Part shown: piece by piece, positions 49,184-59,852 of the stretch
How positions within the stretch are numbered: the first letter of the stretch is position 1
Layout of the letters: each line of letters begins with the position of its first letter
Origin: Planctomycetota bacterium
GTDB lineage: Bacteria > Planctomycetota > UBA8108 > SXIK01
Length of the DNA stretch: 64,000 bases
Assembly (NCBI GenBank): GCA_965223265.1
Contig: OZ244999.1
Location: forward strand, 64,001 to 128,000
Reading direction: 5' to 3'
Program-made: the position numbers and the translations under genes
The notes under the pieces: model-generated
What the model was told of the DNA's origin: nothing
The model's input: only the letters and a program-made list of their open reading frames with translations
Databases searched by the model: none

Positions 49184-49353
49184 GCGGGGGTTCGCTTCGG
49201 GATGTGTCGGTATCCGTGAGCGTGTGCATCTTCCAAAGTAGCAGGCACACTCCGTGTACCGTCTGGACGTCGGTGAGCGAAGTATCAGGACACGTGTGCC
49301 GTCCGGCCGTGACCGTGGGTGCCTCTGCTGCAGTCTCTGTCATCTGCCTCCCC

Positions 49354-50820
49354 TCACGCGAGAATCCCAGACACTACGTCGCCGTGAACGTCCGTCAGTC
49401 GAAAGTCGCGGCCGGCATAGCGGTACGTCAGGCGTTCGTGATCGAGACCCAGCAGGTGAAGAATCGTGGCATGTAGATCGTGGATATGGACTCGGTCTTT
49501 GACTGCCGCGAAGCCGAAGTCGTCGGTTTCGCCGTAGGTCATGCCGCCGCGGACGCCGCCGCCCGCCATCCACATCGTGAAGCCGTAGTGGTTGTGGTCG
49601 CGGCCGTCCCCCCGGCCTTCGCTGAGGTCGCTCGTCGGCGTGCGGCCAAACTCGCCTCCCCAAATCACCAGAGTTTCGTCGAGGAGTCCTCGGCTCTTCA
49701 GATCCGCCAGCAGCGTCGCAATCGGTTGGTCGATGTCAGCGCAGAGGCGACGTGATTGTCGGTTGTGGTTGCGGTGGGTGTCCCACGGTTGGCCGTTGCC
49801 GTAGTAGAGCTGCACCATGCGGACACCACGCTCCACCAGACGGCGTGCCAGCAGACAACCATTGGCGAAGTGACCACTGCCGTAGGCTGCGCGCGTCCGC
49901 GTCGGCTCTTGGTTGAGGTCGAACGCTTCGGGAGCTTCCAGTTGCATGCGGAACGCCGTTTCCATCGCCTTGACGCGCGCTTCGAGCGGGTTCTCGGAGC
50001 GTCTTTCCTGCAGGTGGCGTGCGTTCAGTGCACGCATGAGTTCGAGCTGTTCGGTTTGAGTCTGCCTGTCGAGCCACGAGCTATCGAGAAACGGAATCAT
50101 CTCGCGAGGGTTGAGCTTGGAGTGGTTGATGTAGCTACCTTGATGCTCGCCCGGAAGAAAAGCGCTATTCCAAAGAATCGAAAACCGAACTGGACGTCCC
50201 GGGCACAGCACGATGTACGCCGGGAGGTTGTCGTTTTCGGTGCCGAGTCCGTAGGATAGCCACGCGCCCATGCTCGGTACGGTCGGCGTGATCGTACCGT
50301 TGTTCATGAGCAGTAGAGCCGGGCCGTGGTTCGGATTGTCCGTGTACAGCGAACGAATGACACAGATGTCATCGATTGTGCGGCTCAAGCGCGGCAAGAG
50401 TTCGCTGACTGCGACGCCGTTTTCACCGTGATGTGCGAACGCGAAGGGAGACGGCATCACGCCCGCCGTCTTGCGCTCGGTGCGGAGATTCACCGCCGCG
50501 GGTCGCTTGCCGGCGTATTTTTTGAGTCCAGGTTTCGGGTCAAAAAGGTCGCATTGAAACGGGCCGCCGTTCATGAACAGATGGATGACGCGTTTTGCGG
50601 TTGGAGCGAAGTGTGGGCGCTGGGACGCCGCGTGCAGTTCGGGGCGGAGAGCGCTCGCGAGTCCGAGCGTGCCGAGACCGCCGCCGATGGAGCGCATGAG
50701 AGCGCGGCGCGAAAGCGTCGCGCTCGACTTGAGATTTCGTAGGGAATCGATTTGATCCATCTTCATGTGCACATTCGTCGTAGCGACGTGCGTTCGAACG
50801 ACTAAAGGAATTGCCGTCAA
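49354..50820 (-). CDS. DUF1501 domain protein
   Basis: SRRALM, AKRVIHLFMNGG, GEFGRTP, RDHN; start may instead be ATG 50766. Confidence 0.9.
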   Translation of the reverse strand: MTAIPLVVRTHVATTNVHMKMDQIDSLRNLKSSATLSRRALMRSIGGGLGTLGLASALRPELHAASQRPHFAPTAKRVIHLFMNGGPFQCDLFDPKPGLKKYAGKRPAAVNLRTERKTAGVMPSPFAFAHHGENGVAVSELLPRLSRTIDDICVIRSLYTDNPNHGPALLLMNNGTITPTVPSMGAWLSYGLGTENDNLPAYIVLCPGRPVRFSILWNSAFLPGEHQGSYINHSKLNPREMIPFLDSSWLDRQTQTEQLELMRALNARHLQERRSENPLEARVKAMETAFRMQLEAPEAFDLNQEPTRTRAAYGSGHFANGCLLARRLVERGVRMVQLYYGNGQPWDTHRNHNRQSRRLCADIDQPIATLLADLKSRGLLDETLVIWGGEFGRTPTSDLSEGRGDGRDHNHYGFTMWMAGGGVRGGMTYGETDDFGFAAVKDRVHIHDLHATILHLLGLDHERLTYRYAGRDFRLTDVHGDVVSGILA

Positions 50821-52847
50821 TCGACGAATAGAAACTCGTTGCTGCCGAGCAGGACGTGGGCGTAACGTGCTAAACGGTCTTGTGTCGGCGTCTCGGGGTC
50901 GCGTGACGAGGTCAGAAATGTGGCGGCTAAGTCATGTTCCTCGGCCGCAGGTGTACGACCGAACAACAATTGATACGCTCTCTCAATCTGTGCTCGTTCA
51001 TCTCCAGGAAACTCGCGGCGCAATCGAGCCGCCAAAGCGGCGGCTTGATCGCGGATAAAGCCGCTGTTGAAAACGAGAAGCTGCTGCAGCGGTGTGGTGG
51101 TGACACTTCGGGCTGGGCTGTGCGCTGTCGGGTCCGGAAAGTCGAACACTTTGAGCATTGGCGCGAGGTCGCGCCGCGCAATTCTTCCGTAGATCGTGCG
51201 GCGTTGGTTGTCCGCTGCAGCCAGTTCGAGCGGTGGACCTCCCTGGCGCTCGTCCAAGCTGCCCGACACCGCGAGCACGGCATCGCGCCACGACTCCACG
51301 TCGAGCCTCTTGGGGTTCATGCGCCAGAGCCAGCGGTTTTGCGGATCGCTGTCGCTTTCGCGCGCGCGGGAGCGGCTCATCTGCTGGTATGCCGCGGAAA
51401 GCATCAGTTCGCGGAAGAGCCGTTTGATCGACCACCCATCTGTGACAAATCGCACCGCCAAGTCATCGAGAAGTTCAGGGTGCGACGGCGGCGCACCCTG
51501 GCGTCCGAAGTCACCTGGTGTCGTGACGAGTCCACGCCCAAAAAGGTGTCGCCAAACGCGGTTGACGATGACGCGGCTGGCGAGCGGTGCACCCTCATTG
51601 GCGATCGCTTCCGCGAGTTCAAGCCGGCCGCTACCGCGTTGAAACGGCCTCGGTGTCGACGTTAAGAGCACAGACAAGAACCGCCGCGGTATGACGTCGC
51701 CGGTCGTGGTGGCGGGATTGCCACGCAGCTGCAGCGGCAAGTCGCGCGGGGCGTCCTTGTAGATCAACTTCGTCGCGTCGGCGCCGTCCGGAAGAACGTG
51801 AAGGGACGCATCTTCTACTGCATGGACGGTCGGTGCATGGTAGTGCGGTGTCGATGATTGTAGTTCTTTGATCTCGGTGCGAAGTTGATCGATCCGTTTG
51901 GCTGCGTCGTTCGCGTCGCCGGCCTCGAGTTCGGCGATCTCTTTCTCGAGCGTTTGTACGCGTATGACCGCTTGCTGGACGCGATCGGCATCTGCCTTCG
52001 CCAAGAGTTTGCGATCGACGAGTCGCGTACTCGCGAAGACACCGGCGAGCGCATAGTAGTCGTGCATCGAGACCGGGTCGAACTTGTGATCGTGACAGCG
52101 CGCGCACGCCACCGTCAGGCCGAGAAAGGTCCGCGAGACCGTATCGATACGCTCTTCCCACTCTTCGGCAACGACGGTCTTGATGACGTCGGGCGACAGA
52201 CGGAGCTCTTTCCAGTAACGTGGGCTCAGGCCCAGAAACCCGAGCGCCGCAAGATCGGCGTGGTCAGTCTCGTCCATCTTGTCGGTTGCCAGCTGCCGCT
52301 TGATGAAGCTGTCGTAGCTGACGTCGCTGTTGATCGCTTGCACGACCCAGTCGCGGTAGTGATACGCTTGCGCGATGCTTTTGAGCCATTCGGCCGTCGT
52401 GTCGGAGTAGCGAGCCAGATCAAGCCACACGCGTCCCCAGCGCTCGCCGAACTGCGGTGATGCGAGGAGTCGATCAACTTGGTATTCGAACGCTTCGGGG
52501 TGATCATCGCCAAGGAATTTTGCCAACTCCTCCGGCGCCGGAGGGAGGCCGGTCAGGTCGAAACTGGCACGTCGAAGAAGCTGTCTGCGATCGGCTTTCG
52601 GGGAAGGTGTGAGTCCGCGGCGTTCAAGCGCCGCGAGCACAAACGCATCGACGTGGCTCTGGCACCATGCCTCGTCCTTGACAGTCGGTCGAGCTTGGCG
52701 GCGTGGCGCCGCGAACGACCACCAAACGTCGTCCCTGTTCTCGGAGTCGCCTGTGTCGCGTCCGGCTTCCACCGCAGGGACTTCCGTGTCGGCAGAAGTC
52801 GCGGCCGGTGAAGCGAACAAACTGATAGCGACGACCAGTTGGATCAA
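50817..52847 (-). CDS. DUF1549/DUF1553 protein (no N-terminal cytochrome c domain)
   Basis: WWSF, FGERWGR, CARCHDHKFDP, PSHPELLD, SNEFLFVD. Confidence 0.88.
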   Translation of the reverse strand: MIQLVVAISLFASPAATSADTEVPAVEAGRDTGDSENRDDVWWSFAAPRRQARPTVKDEAWCQSHVDAFVLAALERRGLTPSPKADRRQLLRRASFDLTGLPPAPEELAKFLGDDHPEAFEYQVDRLLASPQFGERWGRVWLDLARYSDTTAEWLKSIAQAYHYRDWVVQAINSDVSYDSFIKRQLATDKMDETDHADLAALGFLGLSPRYWKELRLSPDVIKTVVAEEWEERIDTVSRTFLGLTVACARCHDHKFDPVSMHDYYALAGVFASTRLVDRKLLAKADADRVQQAVIRVQTLEKEIAELEAGDANDAAKRIDQLRTEIKELQSSTPHYHAPTVHAVEDASLHVLPDGADATKLIYKDAPRDLPLQLRGNPATTTGDVIPRRFLSVLLTSTPRPFQRGSGRLELAEAIANEGAPLASRVIVNRVWRHLFGRGLVTTPGDFGRQGAPPSHPELLDDLAVRFVTDGWSIKRLFRELMLSAAYQQMSRSRARESDSDPQNRWLWRMNPKRLDVESWRDAVLAVSGSLDERQGGPPLELAAADNQRRTIYGRIARRDLAPMLKVFDFPDPTAHSPARSVTTTPLQQLLVFNSGFIRDQAAALAARLRREFPGDERAQIERAYQLLFGRTPAAEEHDLAATFLTSSRDPETPTQDRLARYAHVLLGSNEFLFVD

Positions 52848-52921
52848 TGAATTGACTTCCGATGCAATCAGGCGACACGAGCGCCGCGTTGTCGTCGTCT
52901 TTGAGTGCCGACAACCGGCTG

Positions 52922-54364
52922 TTAGAGCAAGATGTCCTCGACGACATGCCCCGAGATGTCTGTGAGGCGAAAATCACGTCCCGCATAGCGGTACGTAAGT
53001 CGTTCGTGATCGAGACCGAGCAGGTGAAGGATCGTCGCGTGGAGATCGTGCATATGAACTTGGCCGTCGACGGCAACGTGCCCGATCTCGTCAGTTTGCC
53101 CGAATGCGATCCCTGGTTTGACGCCGCCGCCTGCCAGCCAGACGGTGAAGCCGCGAGGATTGTGATCGCGTCCCATGCGGCCCTGGGCAAACGGCGTCCT
53201 GCCGAACTCGCCTCCCCACCACACGAGCGTGTCGTCGAGAAGGCCGCGCTGTTTGAGGTCGGCGAGAAGACCCGCCACTGGCTTATCCGTAGCGCGGGCG
53301 TGATCGGCATGCTTCGGCATGTTGGAGTGCTGATCCCACCTGGGAGTCGTCGACTCGTCTGAGTAGTTGACTTGGATGTAACGAACGCCGCTTTCGGCGA
53401 GGCGCCGCGCGAGGAGGCATTGGCGGCCGTAGTCATCCGTCGGCCCCTCACCGATGCCGTACATTGCGAGCGTGCGCGGACTTTCTTGGGAAAGGTCCAT
53501 CGACATCGGTGCTTCCATCTGCATCCGATGGGCTAACTCGAAGGCTTCGATCGCCGCTTCGAGACGATCGTCAGTGCCGGCCCGTTCGACCTGAGAGCGG
53601 TTGAGTTTCTGGAGAAACTCGAACTGCCGACGCGCCTGCGCCGGTGTCTGCCGCGACGTCAGGTGGCGAATCGTCGCCTCGCGTGCCGGCTGCCCCGCTC
53701 GGCCGACGGAGGTGCCTTGGAAGACCGCCGGAAGGAAAGCGTTTGAGTAGTTTCTTGGCCCCCCTTTGCTCGCCGAGGGACAGATCGTCACGAAACCGGG
53801 CAAGTCGTTGTTCTCTGTGCCGAGACCGTACGTGATCCAGCTGCCCATCGAGGGGCGGACCAAGTTGGTTGCGCCGGTATGAAGGAAAAGCGTCGACGGT
53901 CCGTGGGCCACACCTTCGGTGTGCATGCCGTGCAGAAAGCAGAGATCGTCGACGTGCGCCGCGATGTGCGGGAAAAGCTCCGAAACGGGTTGGCCGCAGG
54001 CACCGTAGCGTTCGAACGCCCACAGGGGCCTCATGAGGCGGCGTTTGCTTTCCTTGCCGAACGTGCCGAAACGAACACCAACGAAGTCGATGTCGCGTCC
54101 GTCGTTCTTCTGCAGATCTGGCTTGTAGTCGAACGTGTCGACCTGGCTCGGGCCGCCCTGCATGAAGAGAAAGATCACCCGCTTTGCGCGCGCGACAAAA
54201 TGCGGCGCGCGTGAGGCCAGCGGGCCATCACTGGCGGCCACATGATCTTTCGCGTGGCTCTCTTCTGCGCACAGGCCGGCAAGGGCGATCGAGCCGAAAC
54301 CGCAGGCAGCGCGGCGAAGCGACTCGCGTCGTGTCACCACTCCGGGTATCTCTCGCTTTTCCAT
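52922..54364 (-). CDS. DUF1501 domain protein
   Basis: TRRESL, AKRVIFLFMQGGPSQ, GEFGRTP, GRDHNP. Confidence 0.92.
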   Translation of the reverse strand: MEKREIPGVVTRRESLRRAACGFGSIALAGLCAEESHAKDHVAASDGPLASRAPHFVARAKRVIFLFMQGGPSQVDTFDYKPDLQKNDGRDIDFVGVRFGTFGKESKRRLMRPLWAFERYGACGQPVSELFPHIAAHVDDLCFLHGMHTEGVAHGPSTLFLHTGATNLVRPSMGSWITYGLGTENNDLPGFVTICPSASKGGPRNYSNAFLPAVFQGTSVGRAGQPAREATIRHLTSRQTPAQARRQFEFLQKLNRSQVERAGTDDRLEAAIEAFELAHRMQMEAPMSMDLSQESPRTLAMYGIGEGPTDDYGRQCLLARRLAESGVRYIQVNYSDESTTPRWDQHSNMPKHADHARATDKPVAGLLADLKQRGLLDDTLVWWGGEFGRTPFAQGRMGRDHNPRGFTVWLAGGGVKPGIAFGQTDEIGHVAVDGQVHMHDLHATILHLLGLDHERLTYRYAGRDFRLTDISGHVVEDILL

Positions 54365-54475
54365 CCTTCGCTTGTCCTATGCACTGCTGATCGCACCCGT
54401 TCGCCACCCGCACGCAATCGAGGCGCCGAGATGTTCCACACGAACGCTGAACCGATTTTAGAGCGCCTTACGGGG

Positions 54476-56635
54476 TCAGTTCAAGTGACGAAAGTCGACA
54501 CTGGCGAACAGGGCCTGGTAGAGACCCGCCCACGCTGCGATGTCATCGTCCTGGCCGCGTAGCTCGGCCACATGGCGCAGCGACATTTCGTGCTCCTTCG
54601 GCGTCGGCTCGCGGCCTAGGGCATACAAGTACGCACGATGGATGCGTTCTGCGTCGTTTAGATCGACACCGCTGCGCTCGGTCTCCCTCAAAAGCTTCTG
54701 CGCGGCAGCGCGTGCCTCTTCGATCACGAAGGGGCTATTCATCAAAAAGAGAGCTTGGGTCGCCAGCGTGCTCTTCGGTCGCTGCCCCATGACGATGTTC
54801 GGGTTCGCCGCGTCGAAGACCTCGAAGAGGTCGAGTGTGGCATTGCGAAACGCCGGCACGTAGACGCTGCGCCGCTCCGTGTCAAACTCGTAACCGAGGT
54901 CGTATTGACTGAATTTGCGGATCGTGAGGCCCCCGACGGAATGGTCGAGGCGACCGCTCACCGCGAGCATCGCGTCGCGCAGGCTCTCCGCGTCGAGCGG
55001 TTTGCGATGGGCGTGCGAGAGCCACCGATTCTCCGGATCTTTGCTACTCGCCGGTTGTCGTGGTGACGTGCTCAAGCGGTAGGTTCTCGACAGGACGATG
55101 TGTCGCACGAGGCGTTTGATAGAACCCTCGTCGTCCTCCAGGAAGCGCAGCGCGAGGTAGTCGAGGAGCTCTGGGTGCGACGGTGACTCGCCCGAGGAAC
55201 CAAAGTCATCGGTCGTGCGAACGAGCCCGGTACCGTGGAGATGATGCCAGATGCGGTTGACGATGACGCGCGCGGTTAACGGGTTCCTCAGACTTGAAAG
55301 CCAGCGCGCAAGCTCCAGGCGGCCGCTCTGATCCGACGCGATCTTCGGGGTCGCTTTGAGCGCGTCGCTCGAGAGTGCTGTGAGAAAACCACGCCGGACG
55401 CGTGGCCCAAGTCGGCGTACCGCACCCGCCAGATGCACGTGCCCGTCCTGCGGTGCGTCGACGTCTTCGACCGACATCGTGCGGGGCGCGGGGACCGGCG
55501 CGTCTTTCGCGAGTTGTTTGAGCTCAGACTTCAGCCGCGCGGCGCGGGCTTCCAATTCAGCCGTCGCCGCATTCGATGTGTCGCCCGTCTTGAGCATCTT
55601 TTCGACAGGCTTGAGCTCTTGCTCGATCTGTGCGACGGCTCTGGAGTGGTCGTCGAGCGCACGGCGGTGCTCTGCCGTCACAGCGAGTTCGCGCTCGACA
55701 TAGCCAGATACGTTGCCAGGCGTCAGCGTCCTGGTGCTACCGAAGATGCCCGCCAGCGCGTAGTAGTCCGTCGTCGGGATGGGGTCGAACTTGTGGTCGT
55801 GACAGCGCGCGCAGCCGATCGACAGACCGAGAAACGTCCTTCCCATCGTATCGATCTGTTCGTCGATCACCTCCATGCGCAGGAGCTCCTTGTCCTGGAG
55901 CTCATAGTTCGTCGGCCCGAGAACTAGATAGCCAGTAGCGACAAGATTCTCGTCACGATCAACTGCGTCGTGTGCTGGGATGAGGTCGCCTGCGATCTGT
56001 TCAAGGATGAATTCCGAGTAAGGTTTGTCGTTGTTGAAAGCATTGATGACGTAGTCTCGGTAGCGCCATGCGTTCTTGAACATGAGGCTACGCCCGCCGC
56101 CGCTTGACTCCGCGAAGCGGGCGACGTCGAGCCAGTGGCGGCCCCAGCGCTCACCGAAGCGGGGCGACGCGAGGAGCCCATCGACCTTCTTTTGTAACGC
56201 TCGTGGCGAAGGGTCGGCAACAAAGGAAGCGATGACCTCTGGAGACGGAGGCAGTCCGAGCAGGTCGAAGTAGAGGCGGCGAATGAGCGTGCTGCGGTCC
56301 ACATCCTCGGCCGGCGCTAGTCCCTCTGATTCGAGACGCGCCAAAATGAAACGATCGACGTCGGTGTCAGGCCAGGCGTCGTTTTCAACCGTCGGCACAC
56401 TCGGGCGCCGCGGCTTAACGAAGGACCAGAAGCGGCCGGCCGCCCTTGCTTCCTGGACGCGCGAATCCAGGTCCGCGGCGCGCTCATTCACTGGGCCACC
56501 TGAGCCGCCAGTCGCGTCGGGAGGCGTCGGTTCGGCGGCAATCCCGCCGACGCAGGCAGCTATGAGGCCTGCGGACAGCACCGGCCAGCTGTGCCCGAGA
56601 CGAAGCAGTGACGTTAGAATCGACGTTAGAATCAA
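54476..56635 (-). CDS. DUF1549/DUF1553 protein (no N-terminal cytochrome c domain)
   Basis: FWSF, FGERWGRHWLD, CARCHDHKFDP, PSHPELLDYLA. Confidence 0.88.
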   Translation of the reverse strand: MILTSILTSLLRLGHSWPVLSAGLIAACVGGIAAEPTPPDATGGSGGPVNERAADLDSRVQEARAAGRFWSFVKPRRPSVPTVENDAWPDTDVDRFILARLESEGLAPAEDVDRSTLIRRLYFDLLGLPPSPEVIASFVADPSPRALQKKVDGLLASPRFGERWGRHWLDVARFAESSGGGRSLMFKNAWRYRDYVINAFNNDKPYSEFILEQIAGDLIPAHDAVDRDENLVATGYLVLGPTNYELQDKELLRMEVIDEQIDTMGRTFLGLSIGCARCHDHKFDPIPTTDYYALAGIFGSTRTLTPGNVSGYVERELAVTAEHRRALDDHSRAVAQIEQELKPVEKMLKTGDTSNAATAELEARAARLKSELKQLAKDAPVPAPRTMSVEDVDAPQDGHVHLAGAVRRLGPRVRRGFLTALSSDALKATPKIASDQSGRLELARWLSSLRNPLTARVIVNRIWHHLHGTGLVRTTDDFGSSGESPSHPELLDYLALRFLEDDEGSIKRLVRHIVLSRTYRLSTSPRQPASSKDPENRWLSHAHRKPLDAESLRDAMLAVSGRLDHSVGGLTIRKFSQYDLGYEFDTERRSVYVPAFRNATLDLFEVFDAANPNIVMGQRPKSTLATQALFLMNSPFVIEEARAAAQKLLRETERSGVDLNDAERIHRAYLYALGREPTPKEHEMSLRHVAELRGQDDDIAAWAGLYQALFASVDFRHLN

Positions 56636-56829
56636 ATTGAACCCCCCAAACGCCGACCATCGAGAGATGGCAGTAAGGATCCGCTCGATCCATTAGACAA
56701 CGGTTCGATGAGAGGGACAACACCGATCTGTCTGACTCCGAGCGTGGACGGAACCGAGCGGTCAAGGGCAAGGTCGTGGGCGACGACAGCGCTTTTCGTG
56801 ATCTCTTAGGCGATGTATTCTCAGTCAAC

Positions 56830-58617
56830 ATGATGCAAGACCCATCGCCCACCATCGCCATCCGTAGCTTTCAGGTGATCGGAGAAGACGCCGAAGACGA
56901 CGCCTACTTCGCTCTCTCTTTTGGGGAAGATCTGGTCACTGAGCTGTCGCGATTTGCGAACCTTCGGGTTGTCGCGGGGCCGTGGACGCCCGAGAGTCGC
57001 GACTCCACGGCGCACCCGCCCGACTTCGTCTTGCGCGGTAGCATTCGGCGCGATGCCGACACGCTGCGGGTCAGCGCACAGTTCATCGAGAGTTCGACCT
57101 CTCATCATCTTTGGGCGGATCGCTTCGACGTGCCGGTCGATCACACGCTCGAGGTCCAGGATGGTATCGTCCAAGCGATTTCCACAGCACTGGCGCTCCG
57201 AGTGGACGAGTCGCGCCTGAAGCGAACGCACGGCGTTCCGGAATCGAGCCTCGATGCTTACGACCTGTGGCTACGGGGAAGGGAGTATTTACTCAGGGGG
57301 ACGGTCGAAGACGATCTCGCTGCGCGAGAGTTTTTCAACAAAGCGCTGAAGATCGATCCAAGCTATGCTCGCGCTCACGCCGGTCTCTCTTTGTCGTACT
57401 ACAACGACTGGAGTTGCCAGAACTGGCATCTTTGGGAAGAGAGCGAGAGCGAGGCTTTCAAAGCGGCGAGGCGCGCCGTTGAGCTTGAACGCCGCGATCC
57501 ACTGGTTCACTGCGTTCTCGGCCGCATCCATCTCTATCGCAGAGAGTGGGACCTGGCACGGTCCCACTACGATCACGCTCTTTCTCTCAACTCGGTCGAT
57601 CCGGAGGCGATCATTCACGTGGCGTTGGGGATGGCGTATCTGGGCGAGTGTGACACAGCTCTTTCCCTTACCGATCGAGCCATAGATCTTTACCCGGCTC
57701 ACCATCGCTGGTATTACGGCTGCAAAGCGATCCCGCTCTTTGCGATGGGAGATGATCAAGCGGCCGTTCAGCTGGTTCGGCAAGCGAATCAGGCGTTCGT
57801 CGATTTGCCAGCGTTCGAGAGTGCAGCGCTTTCCTATCTTGGTGAGACCGACGCAGCAAGGCATTCCGCCGACGTCTTTTTGAGTGCTTATCGCACGAAA
57901 ATTCGATTCGGCGGGGAGTTTTCACCGGACGAACCCGTTCGCTGGCTTGCCCAAGTGAATCCGTTTCGAGACGAGCGACACGCAGAGCGTCTGTTCGAGG
58001 GTTTACGGCGCGCCGGTCTGGGGAGTCTACCGCCAGGGCATCGGCCATCCCGGAGCGACGCCGAGATCAGGCCCGCAGATCTTGGCGCCGACAACAATGC
58101 CTTTCAGCGACAAGGCGAACTTTGGTGCGTCGCATTTGCGGGCAAGGCCGCGCATCTGGTTGGTGTCAAAGGGTTCGAGGATATCTCGCGACTTCTTGCG
58201 CGTCCGGAGCAACCGATCCACAGCGCCGAGCTCATGGGAGTGACCTCGTCGCTTTCGGACGCCGACGGCGCACTCGATGCGGACGCTCGGCGGGCCCTTG
58301 ATCGTAGAATCCGCGAGCTTCGCGACGAGGTCGCCGCAGCCGAGCGGGCGAACGATCCAGGGCGCGCGGAAACGGCGTCGGGCGAGATCTCTCAGATCGC
58401 TGCCGAGCTTTCTCGGTCACTTGGGTTGGGAGGGCGTTCGCGTAAGCTTGGCGACCCCGCCGAGAGGGCACGATCGGCCGTCACTTGGCGGATTCGCAGT
58501 GCCATCAAGAAGTTGCGCGCCGCGCATCCAGAGCTCGGCCAGCATTTGGCAAAGAACATACGTACTGGTACCTTCTGCGTTTACGAGCCTCGGGAGGCGA
58601 TCGACTGGGAGTTGTGA
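56830..58617 (+). CDS. TolB-like/TPR protein with putative C-terminal DNA-binding domain (regulator)
   Basis: YFALSFGEDLVTELSRF...LRVSAQ...LWADRFD; TPR ALKIDPSYARAHAGL; C-terminal ERARSAVTWRIRSAIKKL...IRTG. Confidence 0.75.
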   Translation: MMQDPSPTIAIRSFQVIGEDAEDDAYFALSFGEDLVTELSRFANLRVVAGPWTPESRDSTAHPPDFVLRGSIRRDADTLRVSAQFIESSTSHHLWADRFDVPVDHTLEVQDGIVQAISTALALRVDESRLKRTHGVPESSLDAYDLWLRGREYLLRGTVEDDLAAREFFNKALKIDPSYARAHAGLSLSYYNDWSCQNWHLWEESESEAFKAARRAVELERRDPLVHCVLGRIHLYRREWDLARSHYDHALSLNSVDPEAIIHVALGMAYLGECDTALSLTDRAIDLYPAHHRWYYGCKAIPLFAMGDDQAAVQLVRQANQAFVDLPAFESAALSYLGETDAARHSADVFLSAYRTKIRFGGEFSPDEPVRWLAQVNPFRDERHAERLFEGLRRAGLGSLPPGHRPSRSDAEIRPADLGADNNAFQRQGELWCVAFAGKAAHLVGVKGFEDISRLLARPEQPIHSAELMGVTSSLSDADGALDADARRALDRRIRELRDEVAAAERANDPGRAETASGEISQIAAELSRSLGLGGRSRKLGDPAERARSAVTWRIRSAIKKLRAAHPELGQHLAKNIRTGTFCVYEPREAIDWEL

Positions 58618-58650
58618 GGTGCGGCCTTACACGGTGAGACGCGAACTCAC
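58614..58650. promoter_or_regulatory. Two tandem palindromic boxes GTGAG-N7-CTYAC (putative operator)
   Basis: GTGAGgtgcggcCTTAC (58614-58630) and GTGAGacgcgaaCTCAC (58634-58650), 20-bp period. Confidence 0.55.
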
Positions 58651-58701
58651 GCCTTGCGGGTAGGAGTCCCAAAAGACAATTGCCCTGAAAGGAGATCCTA
58701 A

Positions 58702-59787
58702 ATGTGTACCGCGTGTCCTCCTCCCGTTGACGGCGATGCTCTGACGGAGCGTCTTTTCCAAAGCAGTGTGCATACGCTGGAGATCTTCAGCGTCTACCTA
58801 GGAAAGAAGCTTGGCCTCTATGAAATCCTCGCCGAGCGAGGTACGTGCACGGCCGCGGAACTTGCGGCTGACGCCGCCATCGACAGCCGCTACGCGCGCG
58901 AGTGGCTTGAGCAGCAGGCCGTGGCAGGATTTCTCACCGCTCAGCCGGCCGAGGGTGAAGATCAGTCCCGGCGTTTCGCGCTCCCCGTCGAGCACGAGGC
59001 GGTGTTTGTTCGGGAGAATGACCCGGCGTACGTGTCACCCTTGGCGCAGCTGCTCGTCGGTGTTGCCGGTGCGTTGCCGGCTGTCGCGGCGGCCTACCGT
59101 GCTGGCACGGGAGTGTCGTTTGCAGCGTACGGCGACGATGCGCGAAACGGCCAGGGAGCGATCAATCGCCCGGTATTCTCCCACGATCTGACGGCACACT
59201 GGATTCCGGCGCTTCCGGAAGTGCACGCACGGCTTCTGGCCGGGAACGCGCGCATCGCCGATGTCGGCTGTGGTCAAGGCTGGTCGACCGTCGCGGTCGC
59301 GAGGGCCTATCCTGCGTGCGACGTGATCGGCATCGACGCGGATCGTGCGTCGATCCAGGAAGCTCGTGCGCTCGCGGAGAGCGAAGGAGCAGGCGCGATC
59401 TTCACGTGTGCCGACGCTTCCCAGGTCGAAGCTGAGGGGCCGTTCGATCTCGTGCTGATCCTCGAGGCGCTGCACGACATGTCGAGGCCAGATCGCGTGC
59501 TCGCAACCTTTCGCGACAGGCTTGCACCGGACGGCGCGGTGCTCATCGCCGACGAACGCGTTGCCGACGCGTTTCAAGCTCCCGGCGACGAGCTCGAGCG
59601 GATGATGTACGGCTGGAGTGTCACGACGTGCTTGCCGACGAGTCGCGAGCAGCCTGACTCTCTCGCCATCGGCACCGCTATCCGCCCCGCCACCGTCAAG
59701 AGACTCGCAGCAAAGGCAGGGTTCGAGCGGTGTGACATCTTGGACATTGAGAACGATCTTTTTCGTTTCTACCGTCTTGGTGCCTGA
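58702..59787 (+). CDS. Class I SAM methyltransferase with N-terminal winged helix (Rv2258c-like)
   Basis: LGLY...RYAREWL, IADVGCGQGW, ALHDM; AAAGGAG RBS. Confidence 0.88.
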   Translation: MCTACPPPVDGDALTERLFQSSVHTLEIFSVYLGKKLGLYEILAERGTCTAAELAADAAIDSRYAREWLEQQAVAGFLTAQPAEGEDQSRRFALPVEHEAVFVRENDPAYVSPLAQLLVGVAGALPAVAAAYRAGTGVSFAAYGDDARNGQGAINRPVFSHDLTAHWIPALPEVHARLLAGNARIADVGCGQGWSTVAVARAYPACDVIGIDADRASIQEARALAESEGAGAIFTCADASQVEAEGPFDLVLILEALHDMSRPDRVLATFRDRLAPDGAVLIADERVADAFQAPGDELERMMYGWSVTTCLPTSREQPDSLAIGTAIRPATVKRLAAKAGFERCDILDIENDLFRFYRLGA

Positions 59788-59852
59788 GGCTCATTTCTCG
59801 CTCGGGAGTAAGGCATGGGAGAGAGCCACGAGTGCATGCGACGTCCGTCGAG

